Shown: positions 1-7,353, counted from the stretch's first letter. The stretch: DNA of 8,809 nt from Candidatus Anstonellales archaeon (GCA_038740615.1 JAVYLQ010000021.1:1-8809), one strand, 5' to 3'. Notes: generated from the letters alone by a model not told the origin. Program-made: numbers and translations.

Positions 1-807
1 TTTGTAGAGGATCGCCCAGTAACTGTTGATAGATTGATACTATATGGGGAGTACGAACTCAGAAATCTGAGTTATTTTGATGGATATGTTACTAGAGAGT
101 TCTGGGGTGTGGCAATATACAATAATTTGGTCAGAAATTTCAATTTCACTTTAAGAAATGATTCATCGTTCCATATAACCTTCTCTAAAATCAAATACTA
201 CTTATCCACTCTGGATGACTCAAGAAGACCTATAAGATGTAATGCTCTTCTGAATAATGAAATGTTCACAATAGATGGTCCTACCGAAATAGAGAGTTTT
301 GATTCTGTTATGAGAGGTTATGTTAATTGTTCTGGAAAGATCAGAGATGTAGTTCTGACCGAATCGAACAATCGTAAAGAATTTATATTTGATATAACCC
401 CACCAGAGATATCTGATTTTAGAGTCGAAAGTTTTACTACAAATGATGTGCTACTAGCTGTAACCATATATGACCCTAATCAGTTTGCAAGTGGTCTCGA
501 TAGAGTTATATTCTACAGAGATGGTCAACAGATCTCGCCTGAAAGAGTATCAGGATCATATTACTATAGAATCCCTAATCAGGATGCTAATCTGAAAATA
601 GTAGCTATAGATAAGGAGGGAAATATAAGAGAATTAGAAGCACAATTCAAGCAAATCAGAGAGTCTAAGCAGGATAGATCCATTCCTACAGATACGGGAA
701 ATAAAGAGGATCCTATAAGTTGGTTTATACTAATAATTGGTATAGTGGTTTTAGGCGGTATAGTTTTGTATATATATAATATGTATAAAAGCGTTAGAGA
801 GGAATAA
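1..807 (+). CDS. Membrane-anchored surface/secreted protein, 5'-truncated; beta-rich (Ig-like) ectodomain with a C-terminal TM anchor
   Basis: Frame is open from base 1 (FVEDRPVTVDRLILYG...), so the true start is probably upstream of the window. It has a DITPPEI...AIDKEGN pattern typical of Ig-like repeats, several N-x-S/T sequons (NLS, NFT, NDS, NCS), and a hydrophobic C-terminal helix (ISWFILIIGIVVLGGIVLYIY) with a short charged tail. Confidence 0.7.
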   Translation, partial: FVEDRPVTVDRLILYGEYELRNLSYFDGYVTREFWGVAIYNNLVRNFNFTLRNDSSFHITFSKIKYYLSTLDDSRRPIRCNALLNNEMFTIDGPTEIESFDSVMRGYVNCSGKIRDVVLTESNNRKEFIFDITPPEISDFRVESFTTNDVLLAVTIYDPNQFASGLDRVIFYRDGQQISPERVSGSYYYRIPNQDANLKIVAIDKEGNIRELEAQFKQIRESKQDRSIPTDTGNKEDPISWFILIIGIVVLGGIVLYIYNMYKSVREE

Positions 808-808
808 A

Positions 809-848
809 TTTTTAAATACTTATTGATAAATAATAATTAGGTGATATT
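809..848 (+). promoter_or_regulatory. Archaeal TATA box (TTTTTAAATA 809-818) and Shine-Dalgarno (AGGTGA 839-844) for the HTH gene
   Basis: Both motifs are read directly. GGTGA is the canonical archaeal SD and ends 4 nt before the ATG at 849. Confidence 0.65.
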
Positions 849-1556
849 ATGGCTAGAAAACCTATGTTTAAGACAAAATATAATCTGAATGACCAAAGAA
901 TATACGAGATTATTCAGAGATTTGAGAACGAAAATTACATAGGGACTGTTAATAAGCTAGAGGAACTGGTTCAGGAATATGAAGAGGAGAGAAGGATGTA
1001 TCAAGACTACTCAAGAGATGAGCTATACACTGTAAATGATGCTTATAAATATCTGAGAGCTAATGGAATAGATTGGGAGTATAATATATTTAAAGGTAGA
1101 TTGGATAGAGGATCTATTCCAGTCATTATCGGAGATGATGGTAATAAGTACATCCTAAAATCTGTATTGGATAATATCATAGACTTTCATAATGAAGTAT
1201 ATAGCTTACACGAGGCTTATGAGAAAATCAGAAAGGTAAATCCAAGATTGACACTAAGAGCATTTATAGGTAGAATTGAAAAGGAAAAGTTACCTGTGAT
1301 TATCGTTTATAGAAAGAGATTCTTGCCTAAGCAGCTGATAGATGATCTAGTTTATATATACTCAAATTACGTTGAAGTATCGCACGCCCTTAGTATATAC
1401 AGAGAGAACGGATTGAATATCAGTAGAAATACTCTGGAGAGAAGATTAGATAGAGGGATATTACCATTCATAAAATTGGGTAAGAAAAGATTGATTCCTA
1501 AGGATGTATTGATGAAATCTATAGAAGAGGAGAGAAGGTTAAAATTTAACCTCTAG
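849..1556 (+). CDS. DNA-binding protein with three tandem excisionase/MerR-like (HTH_17-type) winged-helix domains and an N-terminal helical region
   Basis: Three ~56-aa internal repeats: LYTVNDAYKYL...RLDRGSIPVI...KYILKSVLD; VYSLHEAYEKI...RIEKEKLPVI...KRFLPKQLID; YVEVSHALSIY...RLDRGILPFIKLGKKRLIPKDVL. Each fits the Xis-like pattern Y-T-x-x-E-A...R-x-x-x-G-x-(I/L)-P...R-x-I-P. Confidence 0.8.
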   Translation: MARKPMFKTKYNLNDQRIYEIIQRFENENYIGTVNKLEELVQEYEEERRMYQDYSRDELYTVNDAYKYLRANGIDWEYNIFKGRLDRGSIPVIIGDDGNKYILKSVLDNIIDFHNEVYSLHEAYEKIRKVNPRLTLRAFIGRIEKEKLPVIIVYRKRFLPKQLIDDLVYIYSNYVEVSHALSIYRENGLNISRNTLERRLDRGILPFIKLGKKRLIPKDVLMKSIEEERRLKFNL

Positions 1557-1787
1557 TTCTCTCTCAATTTCTTCTAATATGTTTTTAAATCCACTCTCAT
1601 CCAATCCTGTTATTGAAATTTGGTATTGATGTATCAGAGGATGTATTTCAATATAGGTCGCTCCAACATTATCCCTCCTATTTAACCTGTCTATGATTAG
1701 CTCTAATATTGCTGTATCGTAGGATTCTAGAACCAAATCTATTTTCTTATCCCGAATCTCTTTAGAGATCAGCTTAAAATACTCCAT
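1539..1787 (-). CDS. rpoL: DNA-directed RNA polymerase subunit L (Rpo11), divergent
   Basis: 82 aa. The ATYIEIHPL segment matches the Rpo11 A-x-Y-x-x-x-HPL motif and the beta-beta-alpha-beta-beta-alpha pattern. The usual EDHTLGN motif has degenerated to YDTAILE. Confidence 0.7.
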   Translation of the reverse strand: MEYFKLISKEIRDKKIDLVLESYDTAILELIIDRLNRRDNVGATYIEIHPLIHQYQISITGLDESGFKNILEEIERELEVKF

Positions 1788-1804
1788 GTTTTCTAATTCT
1801 CAAG

Positions 1805-1819
1805 AATATTTTTAAAAAT
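1805..1819. promoter_or_regulatory. Bidirectional TATA box between rpoL and tRNA-Pro
   Basis: Perfect 12-bp palindrome ATTTTTAAAAAT (1808-1819), about 27 nt before the tRNA and about 21 nt before the rpoL ATG on the other strand. Confidence 0.6.
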
Positions 1820-1845
1820 CGATATGATAAACTTAAATTGGAGAA

Positions 1846-1919
1846 GGGGATGTGGGGTAACCTGGTTAGCCTGCGACCCTAGGGAGGTCGAGATCCCGGT
1901 TCAAATCCGGGCATCCCCA
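1846..1919 (+). tRNA. tRNA-Pro with AGG anticodon (1881-1883); no intron, CCA not encoded
   Basis: Acceptor stem GGGGATG/CATCCCC with A73; D stem GGGT/GCCT; anticodon stem CGACC/GGTCG with 7-nt loop CT-AGG-GA (U33, G37); variable loop AGAT; T stem CCCGG/CCGGG with TTCAAAT loop. Confidence 0.95.
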
Positions 1920-2989
1920 TCTTTCAAGGATTGTTCTGCTCTGGGACCGACTACAAAGTCATTATACGGAGAATTGATATTCTTCAACAATACTATTAGA
2001 GAGTTTGGATCCTCATTGTGGAATCTGTAGAATTTGAGTTTACTCTCTAGCCTCCTAGCAAAATCTCGTACCTCATCATGATTAGCAACATTCTCGTAAC
2101 TCAATCTCTTCCTACTCTGACCAAGGAATGAATATGACTTTATCTCTATATAATCTGCCTCCACATTATTTAGTATATCTGCAAACTCTTGTACAGAAAC
2201 ATCATCATCGTTGATACCTCGCATAAGAGTTATCCTTATAACTCTTCTACAATTTAGATCTTTTAGCATATTTAGAGTTCTCATTAACCTTTCCCATCCG
2301 TCTTGATATACTGATCTGATTATTCTCTTAAACATCTGGGGATTGGGCGTGGAGAAACTGATATAGAGTTGTGTGGGTAAAGCATCCATCTCCTTGAGTT
2401 TCCAGATCTTCTCAGGTTCCTGACCGTTGCTAACCACAAATATACTTCTAGTTTCCGGACGTTTTCTTAGTTCTAGTATTAGCTCCCCTAGCCTTGGATA
2501 GATAGTTGGCTCACCAGACAGAGATATTGCCCAGTGTGAAGGCCAGAGTTCATAAGCTTCTCTGAACATTCTCTTATTTACCTTATCATTACCACCAAAA
2601 CCTACCAACAGTTTCTTTCTCTGTTCTACCACTCCATTGATTATATCTACAGGATCATCCACTTCACTATCGTCCATAGTCACTCTTGAATACCATTCCA
2701 TAGGTCTCCAGCAGAATACACATGCCTCATGGCACCATGCAGTGGCAGGAGACATCTCTGCACATCTATGCGTATCTATTCCGTAGAATTTTCTCTTGTA
2801 GCATGCAGGACCATTCTTTAGATTGGTCTTAGTCCAACTACATATGTGCACAGCAGAATGATTACCTACTATCCCATATATCTTACTCCATTTATCCCTC
2901 TGTTTATCATTAAATGTAATCTTTCCATTATTATAAGCTTCTTGAAGCCTATTTTTCAAAGCTTCGTTGTTTATATTTATCTTAGCCAT
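1901..2989 (-). CDS. taw1: Radical SAM tRNA 4-demethylwyosine synthase (Taw1/TYW1)
   Basis: CHEACVFCWRP (CxxxCxxC) radical SAM motif. N-terminal HSAVHICSWTK...CYKRKFYGIDTHRC supplies the auxiliary-cluster Cys residues and catalytic Lys. HWAISLSGEP, SNG and PTQLYIS motifs are also present. Confidence 0.95.
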   Translation of the reverse strand: MAKININNEALKNRLQEAYNNGKITFNDKQRDKWSKIYGIVGNHSAVHICSWTKTNLKNGPACYKRKFYGIDTHRCAEMSPATAWCHEACVFCWRPMEWYSRVTMDDSEVDDPVDIINGVVEQRKKLLVGFGGNDKVNKRMFREAYELWPSHWAISLSGEPTIYPRLGELILELRKRPETRSIFVVSNGQEPEKIWKLKEMDALPTQLYISFSTPNPQMFKRIIRSVYQDGWERLMRTLNMLKDLNCRRVIRITLMRGINDDDVSVQEFADILNNVEADYIEIKSYSFLGQSRKRLSYENVANHDEVRDFARRLESKLKFYRFHNEDPNSLIVLLKNINSPYNDFVVGPRAEQSLKDGDARI

Positions 2990-3006
2990 ATAATAATATA
3001 GATTCT

Positions 3007-3018
3007 AATGTTTTTAAA
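3007..3018. promoter_or_regulatory. Probable bidirectional TATA box between taw1 and top6B
   Basis: AATGTTTTTAAA in a 51-bp divergent spacer, 18 nt from the taw1 ATG and 23 nt from the top6B ATG. No SD is visible, which fits leaderless mRNAs. Confidence 0.5.
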
Positions 3019-3040
3019 CTCATATGCAATATAAAATTTC

Positions 3041-4534
3041 ATGTTCGAAGACTTCAGAGAGTATAGTGTTGCAGAATTCTTCAAGAAAAATAGGCATATG
3101 TTAGGATTTTCAGGTAAGGTAAAGAGTTTAACTACAATAGTACATGAGCTTGTTACCAATTCTCTTGATGCATGTGAAGAGGCAGGTATACTCCCTGATA
3201 TAAGAGTCGAGATATATTCAATAGCGGATGATAAGGTTAAAATAGTAGTCTCAGATAATGGGCCTGGAATCCCTAAAGATTTGATAGGTAAAGTATATGG
3301 TAAGTTACTAGCTGGAACCAAATTCCACAAGTATAAGCAGCAGAGAGGACAGCAGGGAATTGGAGCATCTGGAGTAACAATGTACGCAAAGCTAACCACA
3401 GGTGTACCTGTTCACATAATATCTGCCTATCAGGGTAAGATGATAATCGCTGATGTGAGTATAGATATTAATAGAAACGAACCTATTGTAGAGAATATCG
3501 TAGAGACGGATACAGATATACATGGGGTGATAGTTGAAGTGGTTGCTGGTGAGGTTAAGATAGATAAGAGTGAGTATAGTGTTTATGAATATATAAGACA
3601 GACAGCACTAGCCAATCCACATGCCCAAATAGAACTTATTGTTAATGGTGACAGAATTCTATATGAGAGACAGACAACAGTTACTCCTCCAAAGCCCCAA
3701 GAGACGTTACCACATATCCTAGGGATCCCCCCATACGAATTCTTGGAAATGGCAAAGCTCAGCAATAATAGAACACTCAGATCTTTCATGATAGATTCCT
3801 TTGACAGAGTAACCTCGCAAAAAGTTAAGGAGTTAGAAAAATTATTACCTGATATAGATTTTGATAAGAATCCGAAGGAGATATCTTGGGAAGAAGTAGA
3901 TAGAATCCTAAAGGTTGTTAAGAGTATTAAATGGTATCCACCTAGAAAGGATGTGTTGATTCCAATAGGTGAGGCTAATTTACAGAAGAGTATAGAGGCA
4001 ATATACAAACCTGAGATAATCGTAACCAGAACCAGAGAACCTAAAATATACAGAGACGGGGTACCTTTTGTGGTTGAAGTGGGTATTGCATATGGTGGGT
4101 CTATATCTAGCAAAATTCTTAGATTTGCCAACAGAGTCCCTCTATTATTTGATTCATCTGCATGTGCAATCACCAAAGCCATATCTGAAATAGAATGGAA
4201 CAGATATGAAATAGATGATATCAATACTGCTCCAGTTTTGATAGTGGTACATTTAGCAAGTACATTTGTTCCTTACGTATCTGCTGGTAAAACTGCTATA
4301 GCCCAAGAAGAGGATATTATCTCCGAAATAAAACTGGCTCTAATGGAAGCTGCTAGATCAATAAAGACACATATACACCAGAAGTACAGATTGCATGAAT
4401 TGTCTAAGAAAAAAGAGGCTCTTCTTAGGTATGTAGATCAATTAGCAACAGATATAGCCTCCCTGTCTGGTGAAGATAGAGAATTGATAAAAAATAGACT
4501 TGAAGAAATAATAAGAGAGAAATACTCTATATAG
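3041..4534 (+). CDS. top6B: DNA topoisomerase VI subunit B
   Basis: N-terminus SVAEFFKKNRHMLGF; GHKL motifs HELVTNSLDACE, DNGPGIP and QQRGQQGIGASG; RFANRVPL; transducer VPYVSAGKTAI. Confidence 0.97.
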   Translation: MFEDFREYSVAEFFKKNRHMLGFSGKVKSLTTIVHELVTNSLDACEEAGILPDIRVEIYSIADDKVKIVVSDNGPGIPKDLIGKVYGKLLAGTKFHKYKQQRGQQGIGASGVTMYAKLTTGVPVHIISAYQGKMIIADVSIDINRNEPIVENIVETDTDIHGVIVEVVAGEVKIDKSEYSVYEYIRQTALANPHAQIELIVNGDRILYERQTTVTPPKPQETLPHILGIPPYEFLEMAKLSNNRTLRSFMIDSFDRVTSQKVKELEKLLPDIDFDKNPKEISWEEVDRILKVVKSIKWYPPRKDVLIPIGEANLQKSIEAIYKPEIIVTRTREPKIYRDGVPFVVEVGIAYGGSISSKILRFANRVPLLFDSSACAITKAISEIEWNRYEIDDINTAPVLIVVHLASTFVPYVSAGKTAIAQEEDIISEIKLALMEAARSIKTHIHQKYRLHELSKKKEALLRYVDQLATDIASLSGEDRELIKNRLEEIIREKYSI

Positions 4535-5618
4535 ATTTTAGGAATCCTGGACCAGAACTTCTACTATCTTCGTAATCCCTCTCCTCTTCCTCATATACTG
4601 TTCTTACTCTTGTATCTCCTATACTACTACCTCTCACACCAGCTATTATGGCAACAACCTCAATCTTACCTTCATAATTTGGTACTATTCTAGCTCCCCA
4701 CTTTACCTGGGCATCTGGATCCATCTTATCTGTAATCAACTCTACTGCTTTGGTAGCCTCTCCTAGAGTAATCTCCTCTCCTGCTGTTATGTGCACAAGT
4801 GCTCCCTTAGCACCTTCAAAACTCACATCCAACAACCTATTTTTCACTACCTGATCTACTGCCACTTTAACCTTATCGTTACCTCTTCCCTCTCCTACTG
4901 CAATAAATCCTAATCCCCCATCACCAAGAACTGCTTTTACATCAGCGAAATCTATGTTCATCAGAGAAGGTTGAGTGATGGTCCATGCCAGTCCTGTAAT
5001 TGCTCTAGCTAATATTTCATCAGCTACTTGGAATGCATCGTTCATCTTTAGATTAGGGAACAGTTCTAAAAGTCTATTGTTATCTATAACGATTACAGAG
5101 TTGGAATATTTTAGTAATTGTCTGAGTGCTTCGTCAGCCTTGTTCTTTCTAGCTCTCTCCAGAGCGAATGGATAGGTTACCATAGAAATGACGATTGCTC
5201 CTTGCTCCTTTGCTATCTGAGCTACGATTGGAGCCGCTCCTGACCCAGTACCACCTCCTAATCCAGCACATACAAACACTAGGTGAGCACCTTCTAACTC
5301 CTTCTGAATCTCATGTCTATCCAATTCTGCAGCTTTTGCACCTACATCTGGGAAACCTCCAGCACCCATTCCTTTCGTAAGACTCTTACCAATCAGAATC
5401 TTCTTAGCATTATCATGAATTAGATCTAGATGTTTCTTATCTGTATTAATAGCTATCAATTCTGTTCCTTTTACCCCTATCTTTATTAGTCTGTTTATAG
5501 TGTTGTTACCACCTCCTCCTACCCCCACAGTTACTATTCTTATTCTATCGCTACCTAGATTTTCCTCCTCCTTCTGTGTCTGTGCAGAAGATATTGCAGA
5601 TCTTATCAGATCCTCCAT
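4527..5618 (-). CDS. ftsZ2: Cell division protein FtsZ, archaeal FtsZ2 type
   Basis: GVGGGGNN and the tubulin signature GLGGGTGSG, with T7 loop NIDFAD. FtsZ2-type features recalled from archaeal homologs are [21 protein letters not shown] and TITQPSL. Confidence 0.95.
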   Translation of the reverse strand: MEDLIRSAISSAQTQKEEENLGSDRIRIVTVGVGGGGNNTINRLIKIGVKGTELIAINTDKKHLDLIHDNAKKILIGKSLTKGMGAGGFPDVGAKAAELDRHEIQKELEGAHLVFVCAGLGGGTGSGAAPIVAQIAKEQGAIVISMVTYPFALERARKNKADEALRQLLKYSNSVIVIDNNRLLELFPNLKMNDAFQVADEILARAITGLAWTITQPSLMNIDFADVKAVLGDGGLGFIAVGEGRGNDKVKVAVDQVVKNRLLDVSFEGAKGALVHITAGEEITLGEATKAVELITDKMDPDAQVKWGARIVPNYEGKIEVVAIIAGVRGSSIGDTRVRTVYEEEERDYEDSRSSGPGFLKSI

Positions 5619-5658
5619 TGTATCACCTGATAATATTATCCATTAACTTATTTATATA
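5619..5658 (-). promoter_or_regulatory. ftsZ promoter and leader: TATA box (TATATAAATA, 5658-5649) and SD (AGGTGA, 5628-5623)
   Basis: The minus strand reads TATATAAATA-20 nt-AGGTGATACA-ATG. Confidence 0.65.
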
Positions 5659-5679
5659 TCTATATTATCTTAAGAGAAA

Positions 5680-5695
5680 AAATTTTGCAAAATTT
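5680..5695. promoter_or_regulatory. Perfect 16-bp palindrome AAATTTTGCAAAATTT, candidate operator
   Basis: Exact inverted repeat in the divergent ftsZ/vapB intergenic region. Confidence 0.45.
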
Positions 5696-5765
5696 CATGC
5701 CCAGATCAGATTATTGTGGAAGGATTCGTCAGGATTTATAAATGTATTTATTAAATATATTTAAT

Positions 5766-5972
5766 ATGGCAAAGATACTAACTATAAGAGATGAGGTATA
5801 CATTAGATTAAGAAGACTAAAGACCAAACTAGGCACTAGCTTCTCAGATACAATAGACTATCTACTAAACATATATGATAGCCATGGTACCAAATCCAAA
5901 ATTCTAAACCTTAAAGGAATGGTGAATGATAATTATATTTATAAGGATAGGTTGGATAGGTTATTAAGATGA
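5766..5972 (+). CDS. vapB: Archaeal VapB-family antitoxin (DUF217-like, ribbon-helix-helix)
   Basis: MAKILTIRDEVYIRLRRLK...SFSDTIDYLL matches the KTITISDEVYxxLxxLK...SFSDVI consensus. Start reassigned from 5742 to 5766 because TATA TTTATAAA lies at 5735-5742. ATGA overlap with vapC. Confidence 0.85.
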   Translation: MAKILTIRDEVYIRLRRLKTKLGTSFSDTIDYLLNIYDSHGTKSKILNLKGMVNDNYIYKDRLDRLLR

Positions 5973-6331
5973 TCGTAGTTGATACAGATTTTTTAATCGA
6001 TTACATAACTAACAAGCAGGCAGCAGTTAAGAAATTAGAATTGTATATAGGTAGAGAAAAGTTGTACATTACAGATCTGATTTTAGCAGAGTTAACATAT
6101 ACTATCCCATCTCCAGATGTGATAGAGAGCGTTATAGATGCCTTTGAGATATTAATATTTGATGAGAGTGCTGCTCTGGAAATGATAAATATTCTGAAAA
6201 GTTTTCAATTGGAAGAACCTCCTCCATTTAGAATACTTTACAATTCTTCTATAGCACTTTCCAAATCTCTAGCAGTTCTTACCAAGAATAGATCGTTATA
6301 CTCAAGAATCCGAGGAGTAAAGATTCTTTAA
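5969..6331 (+). CDS. vapC: PIN-domain VapC-family protein with partly degenerate active site
   Basis: MIVVDTDFLID, ITDLILAEL and AVLTKN motifs; 120 aa; translationally coupled to vapB. Confidence 0.85.
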   Translation: MIVVDTDFLIDYITNKQAAVKKLELYIGREKLYITDLILAELTYTIPSPDVIESVIDAFEILIFDESAALEMINILKSFQLEEPPPFRILYNSSIALSKSLAVLTKNRSLYSRIRGVKIL

Positions 6332-6354
6332 ATCTTCTGATCAATAGAATAACT

Positions 6355-7353
6355 ATGAACCTACTGAAACAGCTATCTGAAGCTATAGCACCCGCAGGTA
6401 AGGAAGATAGTGTTCGAGATATAATCGTTAATCACTTTAGAGCTTTAGGGTTAAATGTAGAAGTAGATGAACAGGGTAATGTAATAGCATACAGAAATAT
6501 ATCTTCTAGGCCTATAGTACTATCTGCTCATATGGATGAGATTGGGGTATTAGTTAGGTATGTAGATGATGATGGTTTTATCAGGATAGTCTCTCTGGGT
6601 GGATTCCTCCCAGAATATCTGCTTTCAAAGAGAGTTTTACTATTTGGAAGGCAGAATGTTGAAGGGATAGTACAGAGAGAATTTCTAGAAGATTGGAGAG
6701 ATGAAGATAGAAAACTGAAATTCAAAAATCTTTTCATACAGACAGATCTGGAGAGAGAGGATATTAAAAAAATAATCTATCCAGGTGTAGTAGGAGGGGT
6801 ATATCAGAGTTTTAGAGAGAGTAATAGATATGTATTTGGTAAATCCTTGGATGATAGAATAGGTTTATATATTCTAACAGAATTGGCGAAAGATTTACCT
6901 GATAATGTAATCCTTATGGGTTCTACAGAGGAAGAAGTGTCTAGTATAGGGAAAGGTGCTGTGAATGCTGTTTGGAGATTAGATCCTAAATTATTCATTG
7001 CAGTTGATGTTGGGGAAGCGAATGATTATCCGGGAGGAGAAAAGTTTACTAAGCTTGATGGAGGTCCAGAGGTAACTGTAAGAGAGATAAGAGGTATTGG
7101 AAATGTAATAAGAGATAAATACTTGGAGAAGATTGATCGTATAGCTAAAGATAGTGGAATAGAAATCCAATATAGAATAACTACTGATTCAGCCACAGAA
7201 GCTAGCAATGTATATTATCTTAAAGGAGGAATACCCAGCATAGCTATATGTACTCCTATCAGATACATACATACCTTTAATGAAATGGCTAGTAAACTTG
7301 ATATTCAAAATACCATACAATTGCTATCAAATCTAATACATTCTGATATTTAG
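6355..7353 (+). CDS. M42 family (TET-like) metallo-aminopeptidase
   Basis: Metal ligand motifs SAHMDEIG, KSLDDRIG, STEEEV, AVDVG and RYIHT. Confidence 0.93.
   Translation: MNLLKQLSEAIAPAGKEDSVRDIIVNHFRALGLNVEVDEQGNVIAYRNISSRPIVLSAHMDEIGVLVRYVDDDGFIRIVSLGGFLPEYLLSKRVLLFGRQNVEGIVQREFLEDWRDEDRKLKFKNLFIQTDLEREDIKKIIYPGVVGGVYQSFRESNRYVFGKSLDDRIGLYILTELAKDLPDNVILMGSTEEEVSSIGKGAVNAVWRLDPKLFIAVDVGEANDYPGGEKFTKLDGGPEVTVREIRGIGNVIRDKYLEKIDRIAKDSGIEIQYRITTDSATEASNVYYLKGGIPSIAICTPIRYIHTFNEMASKLDIQNTIQLLSNLIHSDI

Noticed and set aside
1877..1885. CTA in the anticodon loop read as an amber-suppressor/pyrrolysine tRNA; local palindrome CCCTAGGG
   Set aside because: The CGACC/GGTCG stem places CTA at positions 32-34 and the anticodon at AGG. 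The body lacks tRNA-Pyl features, and TAG ends several full-length genes here (HTH, top6B, ftsZ2, pilin 2).
849..1919. Integrated element at tRNA-Pro (Xis-like gene near a tRNA)
   Set aside because: No integrase, no duplicated tRNA 3' end seen in the window, and rpoL lies between the two.
1824..2030. 68-aa plus-strand ORF
   Set aside because: It runs through the tRNA gene and antisense to taw1, so it is spurious.
2977..4224. Minus-strand ORFs 2977-3399 and 3583-4224
   Set aside because: Antisense shadows of top6B with Ser/Ile-rich composition and no recognisable motifs.
4975..5764. Plus-strand ORFs 4975-5175, 5195-5380 and 5576-5764
   Set aside because: Antisense to ftsZ2 or spanning its promoter, with no motifs.
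6528..7208. Three short minus-strand ORFs
   Set aside because: Antisense shadows of the M42 peptidase.
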